From Owenia fusiformis (taxonomy: Eukaryota): DNA of 64,000 bases. The notes beneath the pieces were generated by a model. That model was not told the DNA's origin, did not search any database, and saw only the letters and a list, made by a program, of their open reading frames with translations. The translations under genes and the position numbers were made by a program. The stretch lies in assembly GCA_903813345.2 (NCBI GenBank), contig CAIIXF020000001.1:33294001-33358000 (forward strand), given 5' to 3'. Below are positions 1 to 13,180 of this stretch, one piece after another; position 1 is the stretch's first letter; each line of letters begins with the position of its first letter.

Positions 1-59
1 AATCACTCCCTCCACTGAAAATGAAACATATGAATTCACAAAAGTTGTTGACTCCTAGT

Positions 60-3000
60 TTATATAATTCACTAAATAGATTGTATCTTATATCTATATA
101 CGCTGGGTACAATAGTAATAAATGCTGTATGTCTTCAGTGACATTTAAATTGCATAGTAAGCATACTCATTCAGACATTGGTTGTCCGTAATTACATATC
201 CTGTATGTTCCTGATATCATTTTCATTATAACGTTACATTGTGGTAAGCGTCTTGGAAAACGCCTGGCAACTTCCCACCATAAAAGTGGTTTTAAAACAG
301 TGAAACATCTCAATATTGGTCTCAGTGTTGGATATAAGGAGCTAAGAACGAAAAAGCGTCTCATCTCAAATGACTTGACAACGTTCATGACTTTTCTCTT
401 CCAGACACATTTGAGTGGTGTCTTAGCAGTAGTTATCATATTCAAAACATCCCCATGTAGGTCGTATTTCATTGTTGTTTCCCACATTGAGACCAATGGA
501 GATTTACTTGAGCGATAGATTCCAATGTGGATCATACTCAACAGTCGATAAATGCATACAATTTTATAGATACATTGTACCGGTAACGATAAGATGAACC
601 AGATGAACATAAGGCGATCTACATCGATTCGCGCTTGAACTGAAAGCCATTCGAGTGGTTTTATCGCCATCGGGTCAGGGGTATTTACTGGGAAGCTTTG
701 TATTCTCTTGCAAATGGATCTATGTGTATCCTCCATAGACTCAATTTCGGTTATTGAATATTGCGTTACAGAGCTGCCATACGTCATTGTTGGGAAGCAA
801 AAACTCCAGTATAACTTGGACGCTATCAGATTCAAGCCTCCTACATTTGCTCCTAAACCAAGCAGAGAAAAGAATTTTCTTTTGCTGCGTGAAATCAAAT
901 TTGATACATGCTCTGAACTTTTGCCTAAAGGTATGCCAACATGTGTAGCAACTTTTTCTACTTAATTTAATATTTTTATCACACCATCGGTGGGATATAG
1001 TCGTCATACTGGTCGTGGTCGTGGTCGTGGTCGTGATCGTGGTCGTGATCGTCCCGCTTTTTTGTCATCGCCGTTTAAGGAAAACAGCTCATCAGATTTT
1101 CTCCAAATTCGCAGAGATGATAGAGCATATGAAGTACTAGAGCTGATTAACTTTTGGGTGGCCATCTTGTTTTCTGGCGGCCATTTTGAAGGTTTTTCGA
1201 AAAATCTTGTCATCGCCATTTCAGAAAATCCGCTCATAGGATTTCCTTCAAATTTACACACATGTTAGAGGATATCAAGTACTAGAGCTAATTAACTTTT
1301 GGGTGGCCATCTTGTTTTCTGGTGGCCATTTTGAAGGTTTTTCGAAGAATCTTGTCATCGCCATTTCAGGAAAACCGCTCATCGGATTTCCTTCAAATTT
1401 ACACACATGATAGAGGATATCAAGTACTAGAGCTGATTAACTTTTGGGCGGCCATCTTGTTTTCTGGTGGCCATTTTGAAGGTATTTCGAAAAATCTTGT
1501 CATCGCCATTTCAGGAAAACCGCTCATCGGATTTCCTTCAAATTTACACAAATGATAGAGGATATCAAGTACTAGAGCTGATTAACTTTTGGGCGGCCAT
1601 CTTGTTTTCTTGTTCTTGAAATTTGTAAACATAATAGGAGAACAGTTTTCCTGGTTCATAGTATCGCCTATTTGATGGTGTGATCTCGTTCATGTCCTGT
1701 GCCTTGTCTCCTAATTTCCATTCACAAAAAGCATTTTCGTTTGGACCAAACCTAAGCACTACACATTTTCCTGGATGGAACTCAAACCTCAAACCAATTA
1801 AGGCAATATCATCAGAGTATGCCGGACATGCTACAGACGTTTCACCATTTCTTACTCCTGTAGCCGAATCTACCATTTGTTGCAAAAGGTCACGTGAGGT
1901 CTGCTATAAAGAACTGGTAGAGAAACATAGAACATATCCCACCCTGGTGAACACCTCTATTAACAGGAAAAGTATCTGATAAAATACCATTTACAAAAAC
2001 CTTACATTTATACTTGTTGTATGATTGATACAAGAGCCTCCAACATAAACCATTTATACCACAATTATATAACTTATGGAACAGGCCTTGTATCCATGTA
2101 CTGTCGAAGGCCTTTTTAATGTCCATTAACGCCATAATTGTGCCATTTTCTTGATGAGATATGGCTTCTTGCACTATTAGAGATGTTTGCAAGGATGAGC
2201 AACCTTTAATAGACACACCTTGTTATTTGCGGTATGCGACCTTGCAGTACACCAGTAATTTTCCAAAGAACAATATTATCAAAAATCTTACGAAAAATTG
2301 TCATAAGGGTTATCCCACGGTGGTGATCCTTATTAAGAGAATCTTTGTTACCAGATTTGAGCAATGGCAGTAAAATCCCTAAGCAGAAGTTCTCAGGTAT
2401 ATATACATTTGCGATCATTGCATTAAATAAAATGGTGAGCAAAGACACAATATTTTCACCAGCGTATTTTACATGTTCAGAATTGATACTGTCGTGGCCA
2501 GCTGCTTTTTTCATATTTAGTGTCCCTATTGACTTCTGAACATCACATTCAGATATACCATTATCAAAAATGCCATCAAAATTATTCACACAATTCAATT
2601 CCATCCTTTTAATATCATCATTTACATTTTGTTCAAAGTCTGAATTAAAGATGTCTCTTTTGCCGTAAGAAGCTAGTAGACTAAAATAAGATTTCCATTC
2701 TTGACATACTTCTACTGGATCCGTAATTACTTGACCATTATCATTTATGATTGATTTACCCGATTTTTTAACATATAATCTACTTTTGTTTACAAGGTGC
2801 CAAAACATATTCTGATCTAAGTTATCAGCATAGTACAAGTTGTCGAGCTGTGCCAATTCATACTCATTTTTCATTAGATTATACAATTTTGAAAAGGCAC
2901 GTTTCGCATTTTTAAAAGCACGTCTAAAAACATTTGAGCAATCTCTGGGCCTACCAGCCCGAACCCATTTGCGCCAAGCAAGCTTCATTTTACGCACAAG

Positions 3001-4032
3001 TTCAGTAAGCTCCACATTCCAGAAGGGTTTCTGGTGCTTGCAAAATTGCTTAATTGGCACGTATAAGTTTGACTTCTCTAATAAGAGATTTTCTAACCTG
3101 GAAAAGTAGGCATCAATTACTGCCTTATCGATAACATTAAGCTTGGAAATATCACTAATTAATCTCTTTACCTGAGTATCGACATCATTTGTGTAGTCAC
3201 CCTTTAATTGATCTGTTAATTTATGCCAAGCAAAACTTGGCTTGATTGACGCACAAGGAGAACTTTTTTGCATTAAAATAGATGGCAGATCAATTTCAGA
3301 TTCTATAGCAAGATGACCACATCCAATTGTAAAACTATCTGCCAGTACTTTACAGCTTAAACATGCAGGTAGTAGTTCTTCGGACACCAGTATATGATCT
3401 ATATATGATTTGTACCCAGTACCTGATTCATATGTATAGCAAGGGCTGCTTGTTCGACTTTGCAAATCAAGAGATGTTAACCCATTACGTAACATACAAT
3501 TATACATCATTTTACCATTTACAGTGCATGTACCGTGCGCTCTTTTGGTTTGAAATAAGTTTCCAAAATTCGCATTTATATCTCCAAGTAAAATTACATA
3601 ACCCGTATCTACACATTTATATATACAGTTTTCTAAATAAATAACAACATCCTCAAAGCTCTAATTTTTACACGATGCCTAAGGCAGATATACCGAAAAG
3701 ACATACAGAGGCGTATCACCTTCAATTTTCATGCATGCAATTCTAGCCGTGCAGAATTCTCGCACTGGCGATATGGCATTTTTAAACGCTTTACGCCAAA
3801 AAAGCGCTATTCCGCCATGTCCCCAGCTAATTCCACAATTCATAGGGTAAAGTAATGAGCTACTATATGCTAAGCACTCAAAATCACGATCAATTTCATT
3901 AAGCTTTTTTAGATTACATTCATATAAGCGATGTTCTGACACTGCGACAATATCACTTCTTTTTAGCAATTCACGCAAATAAATCTCTGATGAGTGTATA
4001 CCATTTGCATTCCATTGGGTAAAAATTACCAT
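60..4032 (-). pseudogene. Decayed LINE ORF2 (apurinic-like endonuclease + reverse transcriptase + C-terminal Cys/His motif); RTEX/CR1-group-like; frameshifted and interrupted at ~976-1705
   Basis: The ORF pieces lie in the expected order. 3679-4074: MVIFTQWNANG...AVSEH...GHGGIA...VYLP (endonuclease N-term). 2206-3510: YIDHIL, GHLAI, KPFWN, WVRAGRPR, KAAGHD, HRGITL. 1890-2216: DIKKAFDS, GVHQGGICS. 1565-1885: AYSDDIAL (YADD-type). 167-898: thumb/C-term. At ~95-165 the minus strand reads CLLCNLNVTEDIQHLLLLYP (degenerate CCHC). Confidence 0.95.
976..1705 (+). mobile_element. Non-autonomous Helentron/DINE-like element (HINE) inserted into LINE RT
   Basis: Starts in a T-run. Subterminal IR ATCACACCATC (978-988) / GATGGTGTGAT (~1674-1684), (TCGTGG)n microsatellite and ~120-150-bp tandem units. 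The 3' end GTTCATGTCCTGTGCCTTGT resembles that of the 41390-43014 element. Removing it rejoins the RT text WKLGD|KNI...ATHVGIPLG. Confidence 0.8.
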
Positions 4033-4097
4033 TATTAATATACATGTACAGTATAGAATGATCAGGTGTTTCATTGTGATTTTTTGATATTTAGCGT

Positions 4098-4520
4098 TTA
4101 TTGATCATAGGCATTAAAAGTTCCACCTCTAATCCTTCGATATTCATTCCAGTTTTGCCATTCCCTACAGACAATAGGATCCGGCCAATCAATAATCATA
4201 GTCTGTTGAAAGTTGGACTACAGCAATTTTACATCCCACATGGGTATAAGACATTCTATTGTGGACCACATGACAGTACATTATTGTAACACCGTGTTCA
4301 TAGCCAAATTTTATGACATCATCACAGATGTCATGTTCATCTTGAAAAACATTTTCCAAATAGAGATATTTATAGCGTTCAAACTGTTTTCCTTTTATAG
4401 TTCTCTTGGAGTAGACATTGTTGTCTACAGGTGCACCTCATAGAGCTCTTGCGTTTTGTGATTGTGGGGCTGGTTGAGTAGATGGTGAGACGTGAGCAGT
4501 TTTTGCGGCAATTTTCTGTT
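4098..4520 (-). pseudogene. LINE ORF1, C-terminal part (decayed)
   Basis: Manual minus-strand translation gives KQKIAAKTAHVSPSTQPAPQSQNARAL*GAPVDNNVYSKRTIKGKQFERYKYLYLENVF...DDVIKFGYEHGVTIMYCHVVHNRMSYTHVGCKIAV...DWPDPIVCREW. It ends just upstream of the ORF2 start, and a WP..I.CR.W ending is common in invertebrate LINE ORF1. Confidence 0.75.
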
Positions 4521-5028
4521 TTTAGCTCACATGGTGAGCTTTTGCAATCACTCACTTGTCCGTCTGTCTGTCCGTCTGTCCGTCCGTCCATCCGTCTGTC
4601 TGTCTGTCCGTCAACAATAGTGGCACGTTTTAAAACCTCTGACGATAGGATTCCTGTTTTAAGTTATTTCTGTTCAACATCAATACAGAAAACTCCCCTA
4701 TGACTCCTGGTTCAAAAGCTCGCCTATTTTCAAAATGGCCGTCACTTTCGTCTCGAGAAATTCACTTTTGATCCATTTCCTAGCTTTGCAAATAATTTCA
4801 GGTGTCCTACATTGTAAAAATCCATGTCAATGTAAAGAGTAGATATATGAAATAATTTTGTTACAAAAAATCAGCGAAAAATTATATCCATTTTTTTATT
4901 TTAAGCCATTTTAGTTAACATTGATTTGTCTATCTGACTCGCGAAATCCACTTTCCGTCAATAACAGTAGCACGTTTTAAAACCTCTGAGGATAGGATTC
5001 CTGTTTTAAGTTATTTCTGTTCAACAAT

Positions 5029-5903
5029 AGAGAGATTTCGCACATACGTGAAAGTCAACTTATAACGTATACTTATACTTATAGGTAAAGGTACAAGGTG
5101 TTTCATAATGTGTGCTTTTTGTCAGGAAAGATCTTCTTGGACTGTAATAAATAAAGGTCAAAGGGATGCCATTTGTACTTTCTTGAATTGTAGCATGTTT
5201 AGTTGATCCAAATGTGTTTGTCTAGAATAAAATAGGCTCATATACGAGTACATATGTTATAGTACATATGTTATAGACCCATCTCTTCTAAAATTGGCTT
5301 TTTGGAGATGTTCGTTATGAAACACCCTGTATGTCATTTGTTGAGCTACTGAATGGATCGTTTCAAGTAATTGCTAGAACCTACTGGTTTGATTGGTGTT
5401 TCAAATTGATGTTTAAAGTATTTGATTGGATACTGTTCACACTCAGCCAATTAATTTAAAAAAATGCTTGCGGTCAATTGTTCCACACACATGTAGGTAA
5501 AGCTTTATACGGAGATCCAACTGTATACGTTTATCATCTCGTATATACCGTTTTGTAAGTTCATTGAACTTATACTGATCATGAAAACTTTGAAATAATC
5601 AACTTGTTTATGTAATGACTCACTCTAAAGGATCATGAGTCACTTTAAAGGATCATGTTTATAATACACTACAACTACTAGGACACGGAAGCAAGCATTT
5701 AATTATAACTTTGCATAATCTACACGTGCAGATGACAGTGCATTCACAGTCTCTAGTTGATGGAGCTTTTCTATATCGGGAATAGTTATGTTCCATTAAG
5801 TGCAATTTAAAATTGATTTTAGTAAATATAATAGTTCGACATGACCCTTTAAAGCATACGTATACGTATAAGTTGTACTTTCACCTATGTGCGAAATCTC
5901 TCT
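5029..5903. mobile_element. MITE with ~40-bp TIR (AGAGAGATTTCGCACATA...), possibly PIF/Harbinger-ISL2EU group
   Basis: AGAGAGATTTCGCACATACGTGAAAGT at 5029 is inverted at ACTTTCACCTATGTGCGAAATCTCTCT ending 5903. AAT is duplicated on both sides, and the element interrupts a HINE A repeat unit. Confidence 0.8.
5094..5329. mobile_element. Tc1/mariner-type MITE nested in the previous MITE
   Basis: TA|CAAGGTGTTTCATAATG ... CGTTATGAAACACCCTG|TA. Confidence 0.7.
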
Positions 5904-6954
5904 AATAATACAGAAAACTCCCCTATGACTCCTGGTTCAAAAGCTCGCCTATTTTCAAAACGGCCGCCATTTTTGTCTCACGAAATTCACTTTTGACCCA
6001 TTTCCTAGCTTTACAAATAATTTCAAGTGTCCTACATTGTAAAAATCCATGTCAATGTAAAGAGCAGATGTATGAAATAATTTTGTTACGAAAAAACAGC
6101 GAAAAATTATATCCATTTTTTTTATTTTCAGCCATTTTAGTTAACATTGATTTGTCCATCTGTCTCGCAAAATCCACTTTTGGACCATTTACCTTTAACC
6201 CTCTGTCGATAGGATTCCCGTTTTAAGTTAATTTTGTTCAACATCAATACAAAAAACTCTCCTATGACTCTTGGTTCAAAAGCTCGCCCATTTTCAAAAT
6301 GGTCGCCATTCTTGTTTCGCAAAATTCACTTTTTCCCCATTTCCTAGCTTTACAAATAATTTCAGCTGTCCTGCATTGTAAAAAGCCATGTCACTGTAAA
6401 GAGTAGTTGTATGAAATAATTTTGTTACAAAAAATTGGCAAAATATTATATCCGTTTTTTTATTTTCAGCCATTTTTGTTAACATTGATTTGTCCATCTG
6501 TCTCGCGAAATCCTCTTTTGGACCATTTGCTTAAAACCTCTGTCGTTAGGATTCCAGCTTCAAGTTATTTTCATTCAACATCAATACAAAAACTCCCCTA
6601 TGACTCCTGGTTCAAAAGCTTGCCTGATTTCAAAATGGTCGCCATTTTTGTGTCGCGAAATTCAATTTTGGCCCATTTCCTAGCTTTACAAATAATTTCA
6701 GGTGTCTTGCATTGCAAAAAGCCATGTTACCACTGTAAAGAGTAGTTGTATGAAATAATTTTGTTACAAATAATTGGCAAAAAATTATATCCGTTTTTTT
6801 TCAGCCATTTTACTTAACATCGATTTTTCCATCTGTCTCTCAGTCAGTCCAAAAGTGGCAAGTGGCTTGAAATAATTTTGTTACAAAAAATCAGCCAAAA
6901 ATTATATCCGTTTTTTTCTGTCACCATGTGAGCCCAGTACCCACAGTACTAATT

Positions 6955-7200
6955 TTTTATACGTTTGATTGCTTGCCCATACCATCCATTCTTTTCCTGG
7001 TAGTTGACTGGCATTGTCCGATACATTAGATGGCGAAGTTAACACCTAACTGAACGTTGAAGGGGTTTCTTTGATTGTCTTGGACTGGGAAGAGGTCTTG
7101 TTGGTCCCTGGGACTTCGGTGGGCGTTGAATCGGTTATAACATATAACTATGTATTATGTGGATCGGGCGCTATTGCTGGGGTCGGATGATCAGTCTAGA
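6955..7200 (-). pseudogene. LINE ORF1, middle fragment
   Basis: The minus strand reads ...YIVICYNRFNA and, after a frameshift, TEVPGTNKTSSQSKTIKETPSTFS*VLTSPSNVSDNASQLPGKEWMVWASNQTYKK. It joins the C-terminal part across HINE A and the N-terminal part across the TCTAGA junction. Confidence 0.65.
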
Positions 7201-9691
7201 ATATTTTCAAAATAAAAGCCTCTAGAAAGAGAGAGTTCTTACATTTTGGCGAGCACCCTAGAGACCTGTATCAAAATAATCCTTTATATCTTACAAATGA
7301 TTGGTGAGATTTGCCAAAGTGAATGAGGTGTCGAAAGGCACTAATTAGACGATTAATTAGTATAGCATTCCTCATTTCTTAACTAGTTCAATCAATACAA
7401 CCAGTGCTGATCACCACATAAATGCCAAAACAGCAATGGTCAATGTGTCAATTGTTTCATGCTGGACATGTGCCAGTGTTTTGAAAAATCCATAGATTAC
7501 AGTACTCAATCTGCTTTGATTGATTTTACTGAACTAGTAAACCAATAATCAGAATCACACTACAGCATTGCAGCATTGTCTGCTCCTCAGATTCTCTCAG
7601 AAGAGAGCTACTGTATTTATAAGTCTGTTATCACGTAAAAGTACAGGCTTAATTGATATACCAAATGGTTATTTTACTATACTGTAAGTAAACCCATAAT
7701 CAAGTCACGTTGTATTATGTGTTAAATAAGGTAGTCTTAGCTTCAAGCCTCTCTGACCCCTCCCCCTCTATTTGAGTAAACATCTTCTCACACATAGCCT
7801 GAGCTAGACACACAACAGTGCAATTAAGAAGGGATATTTTGATGTACCAAGCTAAGAGGATACTTGGTCTTGATCTTGACTTATGTGCTAAGACTGTAAC
7901 AAAGAGTTGTTCGTAACATGCATGATATTTAAAATTGATGGTACCAATGAAATTACAGTCAATAAATAAATGAGAGTAATTATGAAATAGAAGATGAAGG
8001 TGCAAATCAGATTAAAATATTAAAATATATGTCAGATATACTTGTATTAATCATGAGTTCTACATTCATACCAGACATACACTGCACAATGGAATTGTTA
8101 ACATTAAATACTATTTGAATCAACAATTAACATTGTTAATGGTGATGCTTTCATCAGTGTTAGTGATAATTTGATTGAGAGAAGTATTTTAAAGATAATT
8201 TTGTATCAATAGTATGATCAATTTTTACAAATTTCATTGACCACGTATCTTCTTGTAATAGAGGATACATTAAAATATTCATTGTAGATATCACAACGAG
8301 AAACACTATATAATAAACATCAATACGACGAGATGATAGATTTATTATCCAAATTGAATAATAACTAATAAGATCAGGTACTGTTGAATAACATTCTGCC
8401 CGGGATTTGTTATTAATCATATAGAAATGTCTTATCCGAACAGCTCACATGTACGTATTGAAGCGGGAACGTTCGCCCGGTTCTTATATTGAGACTGGGA
8501 GAGGAGAATAGTATAGCGGGAGGGGTTAACAAGAGTAATTTCTACCAACTTTAAAAGTCAGACTCATGTAGCATACCTTCCACATATACTTACATTCGAC
8601 AAACTAATCCAATGTGTTTCAATAATATATTTCCAGTATAATTAATTCCTTTAGTAAATTAGTACAATACAGCTTTGTACATCATATCTCCGGTAAATCT
8701 GAATGCTCATAAAATATAAATCTGTAGAACGTGTAGAGAGTTGTAAAACTGTGTAAATCTTGTAAAGGCTAAAATCTGTTCTAATCTTGTCAAATCTGTT
8801 CTCTCGCACCTAGTGATGACATTTTATACTGTATTTTCCTACCCTTATGAGCCAATCATGTCCATTCTCAGTCGAACGGATCATGATTGACAGCAAAGGG
8901 CAGTCTTAACCATATAAAATGTCATCCCAAAGGTGCTCACTGACCAGGTCACGTGTCCGTAAGATGATGAACTAATGGAACGTTAATTAAAAGAAACACA
9001 GTAATGAAAACTATATGATCGTTCTGCTTCAGTATTATCCGTTGCGGCCATTAACAATTTTACATATCTAATTAGCTAAGTAAATAAACATGCGTCGACA
9101 CAGTCGCAGTTGACTATGAAAAGTTCAATCATCAATCTTATTTTTATTTTCTTGATTTAAAGATTTATTATGTTTGAAAAAGAAAATGTTTGATTTTTAA
9201 GTTCAACCTTTAATTCTTATTATCAAGAACGTGCATGCAAATTCGCCAACCATGTACATTGTTTGCAGTCTGCGCAATTTAATGTAAATCATTGTATATT
9301 TTTCGATATACTGTAATACTATTCATTATTTGTAAAATTGAACCGAATATAATCTAAAATTAATCAGCTTTAAATACATTATATGTCATAAAAGTTGCCT
9401 TAAAACAATACAATTCGTGCGTTTGTAAATGCTCTAAAGCCCCGCTAGTATATGAACGAATCCTAAATAGAAATGAGTAAAATTCGTTCCCATTAGTGTG
9501 TACACATTCTACACCGAGACTTCTCCTTTAAATCAAATCAGTCCACTAGTATGAGTTAAGAATGGACAGAGGGACGGATGGCTTCATTCAATGGGATAAT
9601 TAAGATATTTCAAAACCATTGTCATTTTTCTATGCATACATCACTTAAATCATAACATAAAACAAGCTGTTTATTTTAAAACTATTGTTTA

Positions 9692-10011
9692 CACCCCATT
9701 TGTCGCACGGCGGCCGCAAGTCGACCACAGAACAATTAAATCGGTGAATTTCTGCGGCGAGCGTAGAAAAACTACGCTCGCCTTGTGGCCTCCGTACGGC
9801 GTATGCAGATTTTTACAGGCCGCAGGGAAGGCGTAGAAATTATAACTTGGAGTTATTTATCAATATAAATTTAAAATTCACTGTGCGGCTGCCGTGGGAA
9901 ATGTGACTGCAAAAGTATGAGAGCGCAGAAATTCTGCGGCGAGCGTAGAAAAGCTACTGGCCTCAGAAATGATAGACCGCAAGGTCGCCGTAGGAAATGT
10001 GACTGGGGTGT
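9692..10011. mobile_element. GC-rich MITE-like element (CACCCCA...TGGGGTG); related inverted copy at ~60530-60830
   Basis: Short terminal IR and internal repeats (TTCTGCGGCGAGCGTAGAAAA x2; GGAAATGTGACTG x2). Segments 9760-9900 match the reverse complement of 60530-60580 and 60750-60830. Confidence 0.55.
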
Positions 10012-11520
10012 TACGAATTTATGATAAGTGTATAATGTTCAATCATACAAATCGCAGTCAGTGATTGTTCTCCACACTCACCCCTCCCCCTTCCTGACAT
10101 GAACTATTTTGTAAAACCATTGACAGTGTGGAAGGATTCTTACACTCGAGTGTCAAGGGTGGGGGGGGGGCAGTTACAGAAATATACAAGGCGATGGTTC
10201 AAATTGGACAATTTTTAAAACTGCTCAACATGGTGAAAACTTCACGTTTTTAAAGAATGCTTGCCCGGCGAGTGGTTTGCTTTGGATTGCGAGAGAACAA
10301 AAACTTTGAGTTAGGATTTTTCCTAATACTATCATTAATCTAAACAACTTTTTAAACCGTCTCTGACTACATATCATGCCAATTAATACCATTATTGTGT
10401 TGACAGGATTAAATATGATATCTATGGAATTATAATTTAATGAACTCAATAGTCTAAATGATAATAAGTTCATAATTTAGTCTTGGCTGACTAGTCTTGC
10501 ATCATCAGAGTTGGATTGCAAATACCTCCCTAAATCAAATATTTAAAATTTACAAATTTACTAGTGTACGGGGTGGGGAAACAAGTCTCCATCCAACCAC
10601 TAAAGTTTAAAAGGAAGACTATAGTGTCCCATGAATTCATTATAATTATCTTAGACAATAGTGAAGCGGTACAATCATTGGAGTGTTAATTAATCGGAAT
10701 GCAAGTTTGATTTAAAATAACTCCTTTGGATCAAATATTTAAATTCTACTAGAATGCGGGAAGTGGAAACAAGTCTCCATTCAAGTGCTAAATATCAAAA
10801 GAAAGATTTCAATACCCCTTAACTTCACTCCCGGACTTCACTATTCACCACCACCCCTCCCCCTTCCCCAAGTATCCCTTATGACCCCAGAATGTTCGTT
10901 TCTGTGCCCCCCCCCCCCCTGTCCATGGCCAGTAAGTAATCTATGTGTATATTGGCTCCCTCCCAAAGGTGGGAAAACCAGATGCAGGCATAGACATTGA
11001 CAAGGTGAGGGGATTTAAATATAAAAATAGTCTTGTTTTTTGCTCCGACTTATATATTTTGGCACTGTTTAACGAAGCCTGTTTAAGGAATGAGAGGCAG
11101 AAATAATTCCAAGAAATAAGATGGCCTCATCGCGATAGCCGTGACCCCTTTGTCTTTATCCTTCCACAATCGGCAGATAAGAGTGGCTCTGGCATACCAG
11201 AATGAGATGGCCTGTCTTTACTGTAATCAAGATATGGTACCTAACCGCAGTTATTTTGGTTTTATAACGGGGATATTGCTCGACCTTGAATAACAAATAA
11301 AAGGCATGTTCTTATTTCTGTATTCTGACCTTTGATTGTGTATTAAGTTGAGCTGCACGCCAAACGTTAAGATTGTTAAAACGCTTAAAATAAAACTTTA
11401 TTCCTCTCAATTTACATAAAAATGAAACAGATTAGATTCGAATCTCAGTCACACCAGCACCACTGGTCAAAGGAAGTACAAATATCTATATTAATCAAAT
11501 GTCTGAGAATTTGATAACTG

Positions 11521-11908
11521 TCTGGGATCCAATGTTAATTTTATCGAAGCAAACTAAGAAAAGTATAAAGATGAATTTTAAACATTTAGAGGGAAAAGTC
11601 AAATATGCATTGTAACCCTAAAAATAATTCATTAAAGTGTCGTACACATTTTATAACATTTATATAAATAAAACAAATAAAGCACAACCCTAATGCCCTA
11701 TAATGAATTCATATCTGGGATCCAATGTTAATTTTATCGAAGCAAACTAAGAAAAGTATAAAGATGAATTTTAAACATTTAGAGGGAAAAGTCAAATATG
11801 CATTGTAACCCTAAAAATAATTCATTAAAGTGTCGTACACATTTTATAACATTTATATAAATAAAACAAATAAAGCACAACCCTAATGCCCTATAATGAA
11901 TTCATATC
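11521..11908. repeat. Apparently perfect 193-bp tandem duplication
   Basis: TCTGGGATCCAATGTTAATT...CCCTATAATGAATTCATA occurs at 11521 and again at 11714, with no difference seen by eye. Confidence 0.9.
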
Positions 11909-13180
11909 GGCGCTAAACGGCCCTTGCAATAAAAACGCATCAAAGCAGGGAATGCTTGGAAAATTCTTCCGAGACTGACTTTTGTTATTTCAAAATGGAA
12001 ATATGCCTAATTCCTATGAACACGCGATCTTTTTCCCTGGGTTTTACTCTATTTTAGATTTACTAGAAAAATGTTTATATGATGATTGCGTTTGCTTCTC
12101 ACGAGTTCATTGAAACGTTCAGTCGTAAAACTTTAGAGATCAAAAGACTAATTAGGCACCTGATTGCGAAAGTTTGATTGCATTTCGATCGCCGGGATTT
12201 TACAAACGTATTGTTTAAGTAGCGATCGTGTTCTTGGGATCTTGATAACTTCCTATTTTAAGTTTTGGGTTGAAAGCAATGAGTATGTCGGACTTTCTCA
12301 AGTCCACATAATGAAACAATATTCCTTTATATTAGTCCAATCGGAATTTGCATAAACATACCAGTTTTATATTGCAAAAAGAACTGTAATTAATAGCCTA
12401 CATAAAAGCATCATGATAAATAAAACATTAAAGCATATATAAAGCCTATTGTTATCGCACCCATCGCACCCCCCCCCCCCCCCTCCTGGCTACGCCTATG
12501 GATATTTTGGCAACTTTCACGTTTACCCCGCCCCTAATAATTCTTGCGCCCCCTCTAAATATCAGACCCGTCAGGCGTTGAGGCATGGATCATTATACCC
12601 TGACTCCCAAGCTGTGCGACTTCTGGCAACCGCTACACCTATATTCCCGGGGAAAACGCTTTTAGAAAAATTGTCAAATATGGTCGTGTGTGGGCAAACA
12701 CGCAGGAGGAGGAGAGGGGTGCGTGCATTGTGTGCGACCCTTCATCAGTTGTGTACCTTATTTTTTGTGTGAATTTCTTCCGAATAGTTATGCTAGAGGG
12801 GTTCTGATATTTATTTCTGTTTTCTAATTAAATAATTTCACCCTTGCCCGACTGACTTGTAGATAATGCACGAATCAAATAGCATGGGGATCAGATAATC
12901 AGATTGATTCGTATTTTCGCAATCAGAAGAATTAACTTATTGTTTTCTCTGATTAAAAGGCGGTTTGAAGCTACTTTTACAGGATTTGTAAATTCGCAAT
13001 CAGACTGGCTTATTTTAATATTTAGTCAGTGCAAGAGGAGGGGACTATAATGTAGAAAATTGTTTTGATTTCGACACTAACTGAATAATTTATCACAATT
13101 GTTAAATAAGCAAACAGAAATAGGTTTAAAAATGAGAATAGAGGCAAAAAAGTCTATACATAAAATGTAATTAAAACCCG

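Larger units (their letters stand above)
4521..6954 (+). mobile_element. HINE family A, copy 1 (contains nested MITEs)
   Basis: Inserted in a T-run. SubTIR GCTCACATGG (4525) / CCATGTGAGC (6924), (GTCC/GTCT)n microsatellite, ~340-bp tandem units and a 3' stem-loop AGTAC-CCACA-GTACT (6936-6950). A second copy is at 19286-20505. Confidence 0.88.

Noticed and set aside
990..1555. ORFs with GRGRGR / RPRPRP repeats
   Set aside because: They are readings of a HINE microsatellite and its tandem units.
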